Of a DNA stretch of 64,000 bases, positions 38,269 to 48,417 are shown in pieces. Each line of letters opens with the position of its first letter. Within the stretch, counting starts at the first letter, position 1. The notes beneath the pieces were generated by a model. The model was not told where the DNA came from. It saw only the letters and a program-made list of their open reading frames with translations, and made no database searches. This DNA comes from an uncultured Candidatus Saccharibacteria bacterium (GTDB taxonomy: Bacteria; Patescibacteriota; Minisyncoccia; Phycocordibacterales; UBA9973): assembly GCA_964622505.1 (NCBI GenBank), contig CAZUQJ010000001.1:116957-180956 (forward strand), in the 5' to 3' direction. A program made the position numbers and the translations under genes.

Positions 38269-39315
38269 TTACTGCAAGAACACTAAAACAACTCCTAGAA
38301 TGGAACTCATGATAGCTACGATCCAGTAGCGCATCGTGACTTTGTATTTGGGCCAGCCGAGAGCTTCGAAGTGGTGGTGGAGTGGTGCCACGAGGAATAC
38401 CTTTTTGCCATTAAAGAATTTACGCGAGACCATCTGGATGATAGTTGATACCGAGGTGATAAATAATGGGAATGCAATGATTGGTAAGATGAGCACTGTA
38501 TCGGTAAGGAATGCGATCACAGAGAGTGTAACCGTCAACCCGATCATACCTGTTTCCCCCATATAAAATCGAGCTGGAGGGATGTTGAACCACAAGAATG
38601 CCAAAATACCGCTTGTAATAACTGCGCAAAATGCCGCTAGGTTGAATTGCCCGTGGCCATATGCTATGACTGTGTAAGCCACAAATACGGGAGCTAATAC
38701 ACCACCCGATAGGCCGTCGATACCATCGATCACACTGGTTGACCATACTGCTAATGTTACAGCAATAAAAAAAGGAATAAATAAAAATCCAAGATACAAA
38801 GTACCATCAAATGGTATATGTACACTGTTCATACCCAATTTTGAATAGAACCACCAGCCAATAACCAATCCTAAAATAACGATGATACCTATTTTTATAT
38901 ATCGAAAGAGTATTGGGTCACCGGACAATTTTCCTTGAGCAAAAATCTGGATGAAGTCGTCGGCAAGACCAAGAAGTGACGCAAAGATAAGTACAATAAA
39001 AGGTAAAAGTGTTTCAGAACGATTTATAAAATAAATTCTATCTGCAAAATTTGTGTTTATAAAAAATGAAATAAAGAATATAACAAGCATAGTCGCGATA
39101 ACCGACATCCAGACGATCATCCCACCTGTACGTGGAGTACGGAGCTCAGTGTCCTCATAAATTTTCTTGAAATTTTCATTGGGTGCTACTTCTATTCGTG
39201 AAGTTCGGCGCCATAATTTGTATTTGTAAAAATAGTGTGTAAAAATTGGTGTCAACAAAATACCAGAAACGAAACTGATAACTGCAGGTATGAGCACTTT
39301 GATCGTATTACTCAT
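38269..39315 (-). CDS. mraY: Phospho-MurNAc-pentapeptide transferase
   Basis: TP.TGG, GLADD, DGIDGL, FN.PPA..YMG..G, APLHHHFE. Confidence 0.93.
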   Translation of the reverse strand: MSNTIKVLIPAVISFVSGILLTPIFTHYFYKYKLWRRTSRIEVAPNENFKKIYEDTELRTPRTGGMIVWMSVIATMLVIFFISFFINTNFADRIYFINRSETLLPFIVLIFASLLGLADDFIQIFAQGKLSGDPILFRYIKIGIIVILGLVIGWWFYSKLGMNSVHIPFDGTLYLGFLFIPFFIAVTLAVWSTSVIDGIDGLSGGVLAPVFVAYTVIAYGHGQFNLAAFCAVITSGILAFLWFNIPPARFYMGETGMIGLTVTLSVIAFLTDTVLILPIIAFPLFITSVSTIIQMVSRKFFNGKKVFLVAPLHHHFEALGWPKYKVTMRYWIVAIMSSILGVVLVFLQ

Positions 39316-39847
39316 TTTCTTTTTCGCCTTTTAAACTACCTTTTAAATTGTTCACTACATTTTGATAGTCGGGCAAGTCGGCAAGCGTTGTGACTCCCAT
39401 GTATTGGAGAGTCTCGGTCGTGGGACTATATGTATAACGTCTGGAATCATTTGGGTCAATATTTTTCTCTATCAATCCTCGGACCAGTAGGTTGCGTAGT
39501 ATAAAGCTTGAATTCACTCCACGGATATAGTCGATCTCGGCTCGCGTTGCGCCATTGTTGTAGAGGATTATAGAGAGTGTTTCGAGTGATGATTTCGTTA
39601 GGTCTCGAGAGAGTTCTTCTTTGCGCATTGCTTCGAGGAATACGCTCGCATCTTTATTGGTGCCGAGCATGATTTCGGTACCATTCTCGACAATAGTAAG
39701 CCCTGAATTGTTTTGGCGTTCTTTTAGTATAGATAGTCCCTCCCTGACAGCATCTTCGCTAACAGATAAAATTTCTGCTATCTTTTTAATAGCCACTGGT
39801 TCCCCTTTAAAGAAAAGTAATGATTCAATTTTTGCGTGTAGTTCCAT
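39308..39847 (-). CDS. scpB: SMC-Scp subunit ScpB
   Basis: LETLSIILY, TRAEIDYIRGVNS, LLVRGLI. Confidence 0.93.
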   Translation of the reverse strand: MELHAKIESLLFFKGEPVAIKKIAEILSVSEDAVREGLSILKERQNNSGLTIVENGTEIMLGTNKDASVFLEAMRKEELSRDLTKSSLETLSIILYNNGATRAEIDYIRGVNSSFILRNLLVRGLIEKNIDPNDSRRYTYSPTTETLQYMGVTTLADLPDYQNVVNNLKGSLKGEKENE

Positions 39848-39849
39848 AA

Positions 39850-40638
39850 TTAAATTTGCTTTGGACGAATATCTTCTATTAATTGTTCTTTTGTTTCTTG
39901 CTTGGTAATAGTCATGTCTTCGAAAGTTGCATTTTGAATGACATCGATTATACCCTCTCTGACCAATTCTAACATAGCCAGAAAAGAAACGATAACATTA
40001 ACTTTTTGTTCTCTTACATCAGCACTTGGAAATTTCCCAGAAAATTCTTTAAAAGAAAAAGTTATTGACTGCTGAATTCTTTCTGTTAGATTATCGAGCA
40101 TTTCTTCCATACTGATAACCTTCTTTACCTCTACTTCTGGTAATGGAATGACTTTTTTGGGAATATTGTCGAGGACTGTTTGGATGCCAAGGAGCATGTT
40201 ATTTGTTGTAATATTTTTGTCGGGACTCCATACAGGGTCACTCCAATTGCGCTCAGGCGCAGAGAAAATAATTTGTGCACCAAATTGTGTTTTGATAGTT
40301 ACGCTTGCATTTTTGATAATCTGATATAAACGCAAACGATCCTCAAGATTTTGGATCTTCTCTGTCTCATCTGTGGTCAGAGTTAGATTGGGTAAAAGTG
40401 ATTTAGATTTGATAAGGATCAATGTTGCCGCCACGACGACAAAACTCGACACCGTACCGATATGTGACAGAGTGTTGTCTTTCGACATATTATTTACGTA
40501 GGCAATATACTCGTTGGTTACTTCGGCGAGCGACACATCGTTGACGAAGAATTTGCGCTCTTCTACAAGAGACAAAAGGAGCTCGAGTGGCCCTTCAAAA
40601 TTACCTGCTTTTACTTTGTATGTGGTGTCGGTATCCAT
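39850..40638 (-). CDS. scpA: SMC-Scp subunit ScpA
   Basis: FEGPLELLL.LV, LILIKS..LLP, FLAMLEL. Confidence 0.93.
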   Translation of the reverse strand: MDTDTTYKVKAGNFEGPLELLLSLVEERKFFVNDVSLAEVTNEYIAYVNNMSKDNTLSHIGTVSSFVVVAATLILIKSKSLLPNLTLTTDETEKIQNLEDRLRLYQIIKNASVTIKTQFGAQIIFSAPERNWSDPVWSPDKNITTNNMLLGIQTVLDNIPKKVIPLPEVEVKKVISMEEMLDNLTERIQQSITFSFKEFSGKFPSADVREQKVNVIVSFLAMLELVREGIIDVIQNATFEDMTITKQETKEQLIEDIRPKQI

Positions 40639-41027
40639 TATCCTTTAATTTTATCGGCGTATTCTTCTATTTCATTTGGAGTGTCGTATGAGATAACTGG
40701 CCATCTTGGCAGTAAGTGGCCATTTTTCTGCGGTATTAGATGCACATGAAAATGTGGAACTTGTTCGCCCACGACACCTAGCTGTACATAATCACAGTCC
40801 AGATTTGTTTTCATTTTTTGCATCAAATTTCTGCAAACAATAAATGTTTTACTAACTGTATCGTCGTCGCAATCCTGCATCCATTCGGCATGTTTTTTTG
40901 GAATCAAAAGCGCATGGCCTTTTGCAACAGGATAAATATCCATAAAAGCTAAAAAGTCATTGTCCTCATATATTTTAATACATGGTATGTCCCCTTTTAC
41001 AATTTTACAAAATAGGCAGTCTGACAT
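40638..41027 (-). CDS. HIT family hydrolase
   Basis: CLFCKI, GHALLIPK.H, VPHFHVHLIP. Confidence 0.92.
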   Translation of the reverse strand: MSDCLFCKIVKGDIPCIKIYEDNDFLAFMDIYPVAKGHALLIPKKHAEWMQDCDDDTVSKTFIVCRNLMQKMKTNLDCDYVQLGVVGEQVPHFHVHLIPQKNGHLLPRWPVISYDTPNEIEEYADKIKG

Positions 41028-41028
41028 A

Positions 41029-42375
41029 TTAAAATCCATCACTATTTAACTTCTCATCGATTCTGTTCATGTCTCTTGGGAACATACAGGCTTCACGTAT
41101 ATTTTTCAATCCCAACAACTGCATAGTGATACGCTCGGCTCCAAAAGCAAAACCTCCTTCGGGTGGTACTCCATATTTGAAAGCTTCTAAGAACATATTT
41201 ATCTTACTAGGATCCATCCCCCAAATTTTTACATGTTCCATCAATTGATCATATTTATTAATTCTTCTACCTCCTGAAAGCCATTCTATGCCACGGCAGA
41301 TTAGGTCCATACCCTCGTTCACCTCTGGATTTTCAGCATTTGGATAAACATAGAAAGGTTTTTTGCGAGTTGGATAGCCGTAGATGAAGACGAAGTCTGA
41401 GCCGGTTTCTTCTTTGATTATTTCAGAAATTTGTCTTTCGTCTTCTGGGTTTGTATCCTTTTCTCCGCGAACGTCACGGCCAAACTTGGCAAAAATTTTA
41501 TCTTGGACTTCTTGGAGTGTTAGAGTCGGAGTCTTCTCTATCATCACAGGTAGTTCTGCGCCTACTGTTTCTAAATGTTCGGAATTTTTGGTTTTTACTT
41601 GATCCAATATATATCGAACAGTCTCCTCTGCCATATCACGAATTTCTTCCCATGAATCGATAAATCCCATCTCTGCATCAAGAGATACAATTTCTGTTAG
41701 GTGACGCGTAGTAGAAGATGGCTCTGCTCGAAAAACTTTGTTTACAGAGAAGCATCGTTCAAATGCGGACATGACAATTTGTTTATAAAGTTGTGGAGAT
41801 TGGGAAAGGTAGGCTTTTTTGTCAAAGTAATTCACTTGGAAAACTTCGGCTCCACCTTCTGCTGTTGCCGGTGCTATAGAGGGCGCTTGGAATTCAAAAA
41901 ACATGTTCTTTTTCATAAATTCTCGGAAAGAATCGATAACTGTTTCTTGTACTTTGAAAATTGCTTGAACTTTTGATTGTCTGAGCACAAGCGCTCTGTT
42001 ATCAAGCTCTGTTGTTAGCTCAAGATTGTAGCCATCTTTTGACATGTCAAAAGGTAGTGGCGCCGCTTCGGCTAAAACTTCGATAGTTAGAACCTCGAGT
42101 TCAATATCACCATTTAGTACTCCAACTTTTATATTTCTTTCCGGACGAGCATTTACTTTGCCTACAATTTTCAAGACCCATTCTGAGCGTGAGTTTTTTG
42201 CAATTTCAATATTTGTAGAATTTGGTAGCACAACACATTGGACTTTGCCTGTCATATCGCGCATGTCCATAAATACCATCTTGCCTTGGTCGCGGTGGAC
42301 GTCTACCCAACCAGCGATCACCACCTCTTTACCCACGTGGTCTTTCAAATTGTTTATATAAATTCTGTTTATCAT
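41029..42375 (-). CDS. aspS: Aspartate--tRNA(Asp/Asn) ligase, non-discriminating archaeal type
   Basis: OB fold, EGGAEVF, QSPQLYKQ, FRAE, YGVPP.GG..FG.ER; 448 aa, no GAD insert. Confidence 0.85.
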   Translation of the reverse strand: MINRIYINNLKDHVGKEVVIAGWVDVHRDQGKMVFMDMRDMTGKVQCVVLPNSTNIEIAKNSRSEWVLKIVGKVNARPERNIKVGVLNGDIELEVLTIEVLAEAAPLPFDMSKDGYNLELTTELDNRALVLRQSKVQAIFKVQETVIDSFREFMKKNMFFEFQAPSIAPATAEGGAEVFQVNYFDKKAYLSQSPQLYKQIVMSAFERCFSVNKVFRAEPSSTTRHLTEIVSLDAEMGFIDSWEEIRDMAEETVRYILDQVKTKNSEHLETVGAELPVMIEKTPTLTLQEVQDKIFAKFGRDVRGEKDTNPEDERQISEIIKEETGSDFVFIYGYPTRKKPFYVYPNAENPEVNEGMDLICRGIEWLSGGRRINKYDQLMEHVKIWGMDPSKINMFLEAFKYGVPPEGGFAFGAERITMQLLGLKNIREACMFPRDMNRIDEKLNSDGF

Positions 42376-42426
42376 ATTTGTTTATAATATCACAAAAAAC
42401 CTCTATTGTGTATAGACAATAGAGGT

Positions 42427-42642
42427 TTAATGGATACTTTGGGAGATCATTTCGTACGGTACTCCAATGATCGAATTGATCAGTACAAAGAGCCAATAAA
42501 ATGGCGCAATTAGGAAAAATAGGACCTTATCTTTTGCATATAACGGCAGGTACCATTTCTGAAGCTTCATAAAGAACCAGTTAAATGGGATGTATATAGC
42601 ACCAAATATAACGGTGATGAAAATTTTAAGAATGGTAATCAT
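42427..42642 (-). CDS. Small hydrophobic protein
   Basis: Overlaps trpS stop (ATGA); followed by hairpin 42397-42428. Confidence 0.6.
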   Translation of the reverse strand: MITILKIFITVIFGAIYIPFNWFFMKLQKWYLPLYAKDKVLFFLIAPFYWLFVLINSIIGVPYEMISQSIH

Positions 42643-43598
42643 AGTTGTACTCCTACATTACTTCTAATCTCGAGCATCTTTTTCTCGACAATGGGCTTGA
42701 TTTTGTTTTTACCATTTTCGAGAATCTTAATAACTTCATTTTTATTTTCTGCTAATTTATTTCGAATTTCGCGCATTGGAGAAATATAATTAATTATATC
42801 TGTAATTAAGAGCTCTTTCAATTCTTTGTACTTACCTTCTTTTTCTTTGTATATAGTATCTAATTCTTCCTTTGATCTGAAAAGCATATGTATGTTGTAC
42901 ACATTTTCGGGCACAGAGCTTCCAGAGTCTGTCACAATACTCATCACAGCCTTTTTGATCTCTTCATCGGTACCAAAAAGCGGAATCGTGTTGCCATAAC
43001 TCTTGCTCATCTTGCGCCCATCTGTGCCAGGCACTATGGCTACCTCTTTTATGATCATTGGTTCTGGAAGCTTAAAAGTCTCACCATAAATATTGTTGAA
43101 TTTCTGCGCAGTATCGCGAGCATACTCTACATGTTGCTTCTGATCGGCGCCTACTGGCACGACATCGGCGTCTTGGATCAGTATGTCGGCAGACATAAGC
43201 ATGGGGTAATCAAAAAGCCCGACAGTTACCTCTTTTGCTTTTTGGTTAGCATCTTTGTAAGTCGTCGCACGCTCGAGGAATGCCATTGTAGTAATGCAAT
43301 TGAAATACCAAGTCATTTCTGCGACTTCTGGGATATCGGATTGCTTGAATAAAATTATTTTCTCTGGATCAAGTCCGCAAGCGATGTAGTCCATCGTTAC
43401 GTCTAAAATCATTTTTGATAATTTTTCTTTATCCTGCACGGTCGTAATTGCATGCAAATCAGCAATAAATATACGGGTATCATATTGACCTTGCATTTCT
43501 ACAAATTGCTTGATAGCGCCAAAATAGTTGCCAATATGCATAGTGCCCGATGGCTGTATCCCTGAAAGTAATATTTTTCTTGTCCCGTTAGAAGCCAT
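42639..43598 (-). CDS. trpS: Tryptophan--tRNA ligase
   Basis: SGIQPSG..HIGNY, YP.LM.ADIL, VPVG.DQ.QH, KMSKS. Confidence 0.96.
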   Translation of the reverse strand: MASNGTRKILLSGIQPSGTMHIGNYFGAIKQFVEMQGQYDTRIFIADLHAITTVQDKEKLSKMILDVTMDYIACGLDPEKIILFKQSDIPEVAEMTWYFNCITTMAFLERATTYKDANQKAKEVTVGLFDYPMLMSADILIQDADVVPVGADQKQHVEYARDTAQKFNNIYGETFKLPEPMIIKEVAIVPGTDGRKMSKSYGNTIPLFGTDEEIKKAVMSIVTDSGSSVPENVYNIHMLFRSKEELDTIYKEKEGKYKELKELLITDIINYISPMREIRNKLAENKNEVIKILENGKNKIKPIVEKKMLEIRSNVGVQL

Positions 43599-43712
43599 AA
43601 TAGTTTTGTTTAATCTTTAAGTATATAAATTAGAATCCTCACAGGCCTGCTTCTTTCGGGATTCATGCATTTATTATACCAAATACCCCATTTTTATGCA
43701 CATTTTCTTAAT

Positions 43713-43752
43713 AATAAAACCCGGCCCAATGTAAAATTGGTCCGGGTTTATT
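43713..43752 (-). terminator. Terminator of orphan cassette
   Basis: AAACCCGG.CCAAT ... ATTGG.CCGGGTTT hairpin. Confidence 0.65.
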
Positions 43753-43759
43753 TATCTTA

Positions 43760-45364
43760 TTAAGAGAATTTTTCTTTTCTCTTTAGAAATCTTTCCAAGG
43801 TAGTTTTTTCAAATATATCAAACCAAGGTTGTTTCTCTGCATGTTCTAGTACAAATTTTGGTAGTTTTTTCCCAATATTTGTAATGTACAAAAATGACGT
43901 CATGTCTTTATCCATAATCTTTTCCCCGCTTTGCGCTATAGACAAAAGGAATCTTGAGTAACCCTCTGCAGTAATACCTTTTTTGTTTCCTGCAAGTTTT
44001 ATTATGCTCAAAATTATACGGGAATTTCCATCTAACCTGAAGCTCTCTTGGTTAAGGGTTAAGGACCTACCTGTTTTATAATCTGTAGCAATCCTAGTGT
44101 AACTATTGATGTCTTTTAAGATGAGGTAATTTGAGGAGTCTGTCAATAATTTAGCAAAATCACTTGAAATAGTATTTTGATTTGCAAAAGCAAGAGCTTT
44201 TTTGTAATATTCAGATTTGCCGGCGGCTGAAAAAACTTTTTCCAGACCTATTTCGTCAAAAAATTGATGCAACTTGTTAGCGAATACCATTCTTTGTGTC
44301 TGAGCTTCATCTAAAAACAATAGTAAGCTTGGGTTTACAAAAAATATTTTTGCAAAGATATCACATTCTGATTTTGCTAAGAGCTTATTTACTGCAGTAA
44401 ACAATTTAACCGGCAGCTCCTCTTCAAGAATACTTTTGTTAATTGTTCTGTTGTAACTACCCAATAACTTATCAAGTGCAGATATTTTTGTTTTACTAAC
44501 AGGGTCTAATTCTAACCTACGACTTAAATAGATTGTAGGAAAGCTTTTACTTAAATCAGGAAGTATGGCTTTTACATAGGATATATTCGTAAATGAGATG
44601 TTGCTTAAATCAGTTTTGGAAAAAAGGTTCTGAAAATTTATCTCCAGTTCCTTTATCCATTTAGGATTGTTTTCAACCATAGACTCAAATTTTTTGATAT
44701 CCTCAAGACTAAACGTGTTTTTTAGTTCACCTAACATAGAACTTACAATCAAAGTGGTAAAAATTTTATCTTCCCTTAAAACTAATTTTTGGGAATCCTT
44801 TTTATCCTCGTCGGATCTTACTGACATAAACTTTTCTAACAGTTTTTTGTCTCCGGATTCGTAGAGTATCTTGGTAATTTTTATCCAACTTTGAATACCA
44901 TTTACTTCATCTTGCAAGGCTTTGAATTTAGAATCAGGCGTCTCCATTACCGCCTTAAAACCTTCAGGGTAATTCCATAGACTTTTTATCTTATTTTCAG
45001 TCCTGGAAATGTCTAAAATTTGTTGCAGTTTTGATGGCGGTGTAATTCCACTTAAAAATGTTTTAAGTTCCGGTAACCCAGAATGAGCACGCATTATTTC
45101 TTTGCAGGCCTTTTCATTTTTAATAGAAGTAAAATCAATGTTCTTTTCCAAGCAACATTCAAGTGTCATTTTTACCAAATAGAAAACTCTTTCTTTTGGG
45201 AAGGTAACTTTCGTTTGCATTTTCAGTGCCCTTTCTGAGGTAATTTTTTGAAACAGTTTGTTTGCATGTGCTGCATGTTTCAAATATAAATTATTTGAGC
45301 TAGGTTCATCTTGACCAAGAGTGGCAAGAGAAAAAGGGTTTGTTTCGTCAATAAATGTTCCCAT
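43760..45364 (-). CDS. Orphan hypothetical protein (534 aa)
   Basis: Long ORF, no recognisable motif. Confidence 0.7.
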   Translation of the reverse strand: MGTFIDETNPFSLATLGQDEPSSNNLYLKHAAHANKLFQKITSERALKMQTKVTFPKERVFYLVKMTLECCLEKNIDFTSIKNEKACKEIMRAHSGLPELKTFLSGITPPSKLQQILDISRTENKIKSLWNYPEGFKAVMETPDSKFKALQDEVNGIQSWIKITKILYESGDKKLLEKFMSVRSDEDKKDSQKLVLREDKIFTTLIVSSMLGELKNTFSLEDIKKFESMVENNPKWIKELEINFQNLFSKTDLSNISFTNISYVKAILPDLSKSFPTIYLSRRLELDPVSKTKISALDKLLGSYNRTINKSILEEELPVKLFTAVNKLLAKSECDIFAKIFFVNPSLLLFLDEAQTQRMVFANKLHQFFDEIGLEKVFSAAGKSEYYKKALAFANQNTISSDFAKLLTDSSNYLILKDINSYTRIATDYKTGRSLTLNQESFRLDGNSRIILSIIKLAGNKKGITAEGYSRFLLSIAQSGEKIMDKDMTSFLYITNIGKKLPKFVLEHAEKQPWFDIFEKTTLERFLKRKEKFS

Positions 45365-45372
45365 AATTTTGA

Positions 45373-46212
45373 CTAATTAAATAATTTTCCTAAAACATCC
45401 TCATTGTTAGTCAGATCATCGTCACTTTCCATGAATTCTTTGTGGGACTCATATTGTTTCCCTTGGAAAAGCATGTTCCTGTAAAATTCAAGATCTGGAT
45501 TTTGCAATTCATCTACCAGTTCTTTAAATTTAACTGGTGCATATTCTTGCAAAGTGTTCAAGAAGGGATATTCAATAGGCAGAGGGATATTTGATCTTAA
45601 AAGGTTAAAAAGTTTTAAATTTTCAACCTTCTCATCTTCAAATTCATAATAATTAGTATCTATTTCAAAAATACTAATTAAATACAAAGTTTTGATGCTG
45701 ATCTCAGTAAACATCTCTCTTTTAACATTTACCGGTATTGATTCAATAAATCCGGGTAAATGATTCAGAAACAAATATGCAGACTTTTCATGATCATCGG
45801 TATCATTAAAGTTGTTCATTTTTTTATAATGATACATATAGTACTTTAACAATTCTCCAGGGTTAACTGAGAGTAGATTGTACACACCGAGATTAAGAAC
45901 CTCACCGTTTGTTATCAACACTTCACTTTTAAACATGTGATCTAACTGGCCGAATATGATGTCGGCTGTCTCTTTGTCACTGTTTTCAATGGCAACACTA
46001 ATACTTTCGATAAGATCGGAAGAGTTAATATTTAAGTTGAGAGCCATCTCATAGTGGTTGATTGATCGCCTTCCATTAAACTTTTTAATTTTTGGTAAAA
46101 GTTCAATTAAGAATTGCGCAGATTCTAATTCCAATAACTTAATTCCTTTAAATGGGTTTATGGCAAGAGTGTTATTTCCAGTTGCCGCCCCGTTGTCTTT
46201 TTTGCTTGTCAT
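45373..46212 (-). CDS. Orphan hypothetical protein
   Basis: Long ORF; ATG at 46212 lies downstream of a TTGACA promoter. Confidence 0.7.
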   Translation of the reverse strand: MTSKKDNGAATGNNTLAINPFKGIKLLELESAQFLIELLPKIKKFNGRRSINHYEMALNLNINSSDLIESISVAIENSDKETADIIFGQLDHMFKSEVLITNGEVLNLGVYNLLSVNPGELLKYYMYHYKKMNNFNDTDDHEKSAYLFLNHLPGFIESIPVNVKREMFTEISIKTLYLISIFEIDTNYYEFEDEKVENLKLFNLLRSNIPLPIEYPFLNTLQEYAPVKFKELVDELQNPDLEFYRNMLFQGKQYESHKEFMESDDDLTNNEDVLGKLFN

Positions 46213-46366
46213 GACGTTATTTTTTTTACAATGAATTTTGGTATATATTAACATAATTAAATCAAAATGTCAATGATAAAATAAGCTATATTTTATGCAC
46301 ATTTTACCCACAGAGTTGTTCGATAAATGGAATTTGGCAATTTGTAATCTGTGTTAGAATAGACCC

Positions 46367-47752
46367 ATGGCAGATAAAAAATCATTACGAATTCCTCCAC
46401 AAAGTTTGGATTCCGAGAAAGCTATTCTCGGCTCTATTATGCTCCGTCCTGGAGCATTGCACGAAATCAGTGACATGATCTCTGATCGCTCTTTTTACGC
46501 AGGCAAGCACTCTCAGATTTATAAGGTGATGGGCGAACTTTCCAATAAAGGCGAACCGATCGACTTGATCTCTGTATCACAAAAATTGTCTGAAAAAGGA
46601 ATGCTTGATTCTATTGGTGGTACAAGCTATCTGACTGATCTTGTGAATTCTGTCCCCTCTTCTACAAACGTAAAACACTATTCGGATATTGTCGACAAGA
46701 AGCATATCTTACGAAATATTATTGACGCTGGTAACGATGTCTCCGAACTTGGCTTCAAAGAAGACGTTGAGGATATATATGAAGTCCTCAACAGTGCCGA
46801 AAAAAGAATGATGGAAATCCGTGATCCACTTAAGGGCCATGAGTATTATGCTTTGAAGGATACCTTGCCAGAAGCTTGGGAGCGTTTGGAACGTTTGCAT
46901 GAAAGCAAGGGCGAGCTCCGCGGAGTGCCAACAGGATTTAAAGACTTGGACCAATATCTTTCAGGGCTTCAAAATTCAGACCTCATTATTCTCGCAGCGC
47001 GTCCATCTGTGGGAAAGACAACACTAGCACTCGATTTCGCGCGTAATGCTGCGACAAAAAATAATGTTTCAACTGTCATCTTCTCTCTCGAAATGAGTTC
47101 ACAGCAACTTGTAGACAGAATGCTCTCTGCGGAGTCCAAGGTGAATGCGTGGAATTTGCGTACTGGAAACTTGTCTGCCGAAAAAGAATTTACTAAAATT
47201 CGTGACTCGCTCGATCGCCTCGCAAAGGCACCAATATTTATCGATGACCAAGCCGGCAATTCTATTGCTCGTATGCGTTCAGTTTGTCGCCGTGTAAAGG
47301 CAAGTAATGGTATCGGCCTTGTTATTGTTGACTACTTACAGCTCATGTCGACTTCCAAAAATTATGACAGTATGGTCAACCAAGTTACCGATATATCTCG
47401 ATCGCTCAAAGCATTGGCAAAGGAATTCAATGTACCAGTAGTAGCACTTTCCCAGCTCTCTCGTGCTGTGGAGGCTCGTGGTGGACGCCCTCGCCTATCC
47501 GACTTGCGTGACTCTGGATCTATCGAACAAGACGCCGATGTTGTGATGTTTATTCACCGCGAGGATAAAGGCAAGGATGAAAGCGAGCGCACAAATATTG
47601 CAGAAATTTTAATCGAGAAGCACCGTAACGGACCTGTTGGAAAGGTTGATTTGTATTTCGATGACAAGACCACAAGCTTCCTTAATATTGAAAAGAGTAG
47701 TCTTGATAGCTTTGCACCATCTCAGGCTGATAGTGGTATGGATGCATTTTAA
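46367..47752 (+). CDS. dnaB: Replicative DNA helicase
   Basis: AARPSVGKT, FSLEMS, IVDYLQL, LSQLSR, DLRDSGSIEQDAD, KHRNGP. Confidence 0.97.
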   Translation: MADKKSLRIPPQSLDSEKAILGSIMLRPGALHEISDMISDRSFYAGKHSQIYKVMGELSNKGEPIDLISVSQKLSEKGMLDSIGGTSYLTDLVNSVPSSTNVKHYSDIVDKKHILRNIIDAGNDVSELGFKEDVEDIYEVLNSAEKRMMEIRDPLKGHEYYALKDTLPEAWERLERLHESKGELRGVPTGFKDLDQYLSGLQNSDLIILAARPSVGKTTLALDFARNAATKNNVSTVIFSLEMSSQQLVDRMLSAESKVNAWNLRTGNLSAEKEFTKIRDSLDRLAKAPIFIDDQAGNSIARMRSVCRRVKASNGIGLVIVDYLQLMSTSKNYDSMVNQVTDISRSLKALAKEFNVPVVALSQLSRAVEARGGRPRLSDLRDSGSIEQDADVVMFIHREDKGKDESERTNIAEILIEKHRNGPVGKVDLYFDDKTTSFLNIEKSSLDSFAPSQADSGMDAF

Positions 47753-47760
47753 ATTAAAAC

Positions 47761-48375
47761 ATGGACCCAATAAATTTATTGTCTGAACAGTTTAAAGAAT
47801 TTCCTGGTATCGGTGAGCGCCAAGCCAAGCGTTTTGTGTATTTCCTGTTGCACAAGAATCCTCAATTTGTAAAAAGTCTTGGCGATGCCATTTTGTCTAT
47901 AAAGAATCAAATCAAGCAATGTAGCTTGTGTTACCTATTCTTTCAATCAAAGAGCGACACATTGTGCGAGACTTGCCGGAATATAGAAACTGACAAAACC
48001 ACACTTTTGGTGGTAGAAAAAGATGCCGATTTTGAAAGTATTAAAAGGAGCCGAACTTATAAAGGTATGTACTTTGTGCTGGGAGGACTTGTACCTGTAG
48101 TGACCAAAGAGACAGCCAGTTTTGTACGTACAAAAGAGCTTCTAAATTCAATAGAAAAACGGGCGCAAAATGATGGTTTAAAAGAAGTCATTCTTGGTCT
48201 CTCTATTAATCCTCAAGGTGAGCACACGGATATGTATTTAAGAGAACTCATCAATCCTTTAAAAGATAAATATAATTTAAAACTCTCGACTCTCGGCCGA
48301 GGTCTTTCGACCGGCACCGAGCTTGAATACTCTGATTCAGAAACTATCAAAAATGCGTTGAGGAATAGGAATTAA
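47761..48375 (+). CDS. recR: Recombination mediator RecR
   Basis: PGIG.R.A.R, C4 zinc finger, Toprim VVE, ELEY.D..T. Confidence 0.93.
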   Translation: MDPINLLSEQFKEFPGIGERQAKRFVYFLLHKNPQFVKSLGDAILSIKNQIKQCSLCYLFFQSKSDTLCETCRNIETDKTTLLVVEKDADFESIKRSRTYKGMYFVLGGLVPVVTKETASFVRTKELLNSIEKRAQNDGLKEVILGLSINPQGEHTDMYLRELINPLKDKYNLKLSTLGRGLSTGTELEYSDSETIKNALRNRN

Positions 48376-48417
48376 AAAAAGCGGTCCCAAATATGGAACC
48401 GCCTTTTTGTATAAGCT

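Larger units (their letters stand above)
43692..46305. mobile_element. Two-gene orphan cassette bounded by 15-bp direct repeats
   Basis: TTTTATGCACATTTT at 43692-43706 and 46291-46305; no integrase or transposase inside. Confidence 0.5.

Noticed and set aside
43633-43666. SRP RNA (CCGAAAGAAGCAG resembles helix 8)
   Set aside because: Lacks the CAGG 5' side and the long enclosing helix
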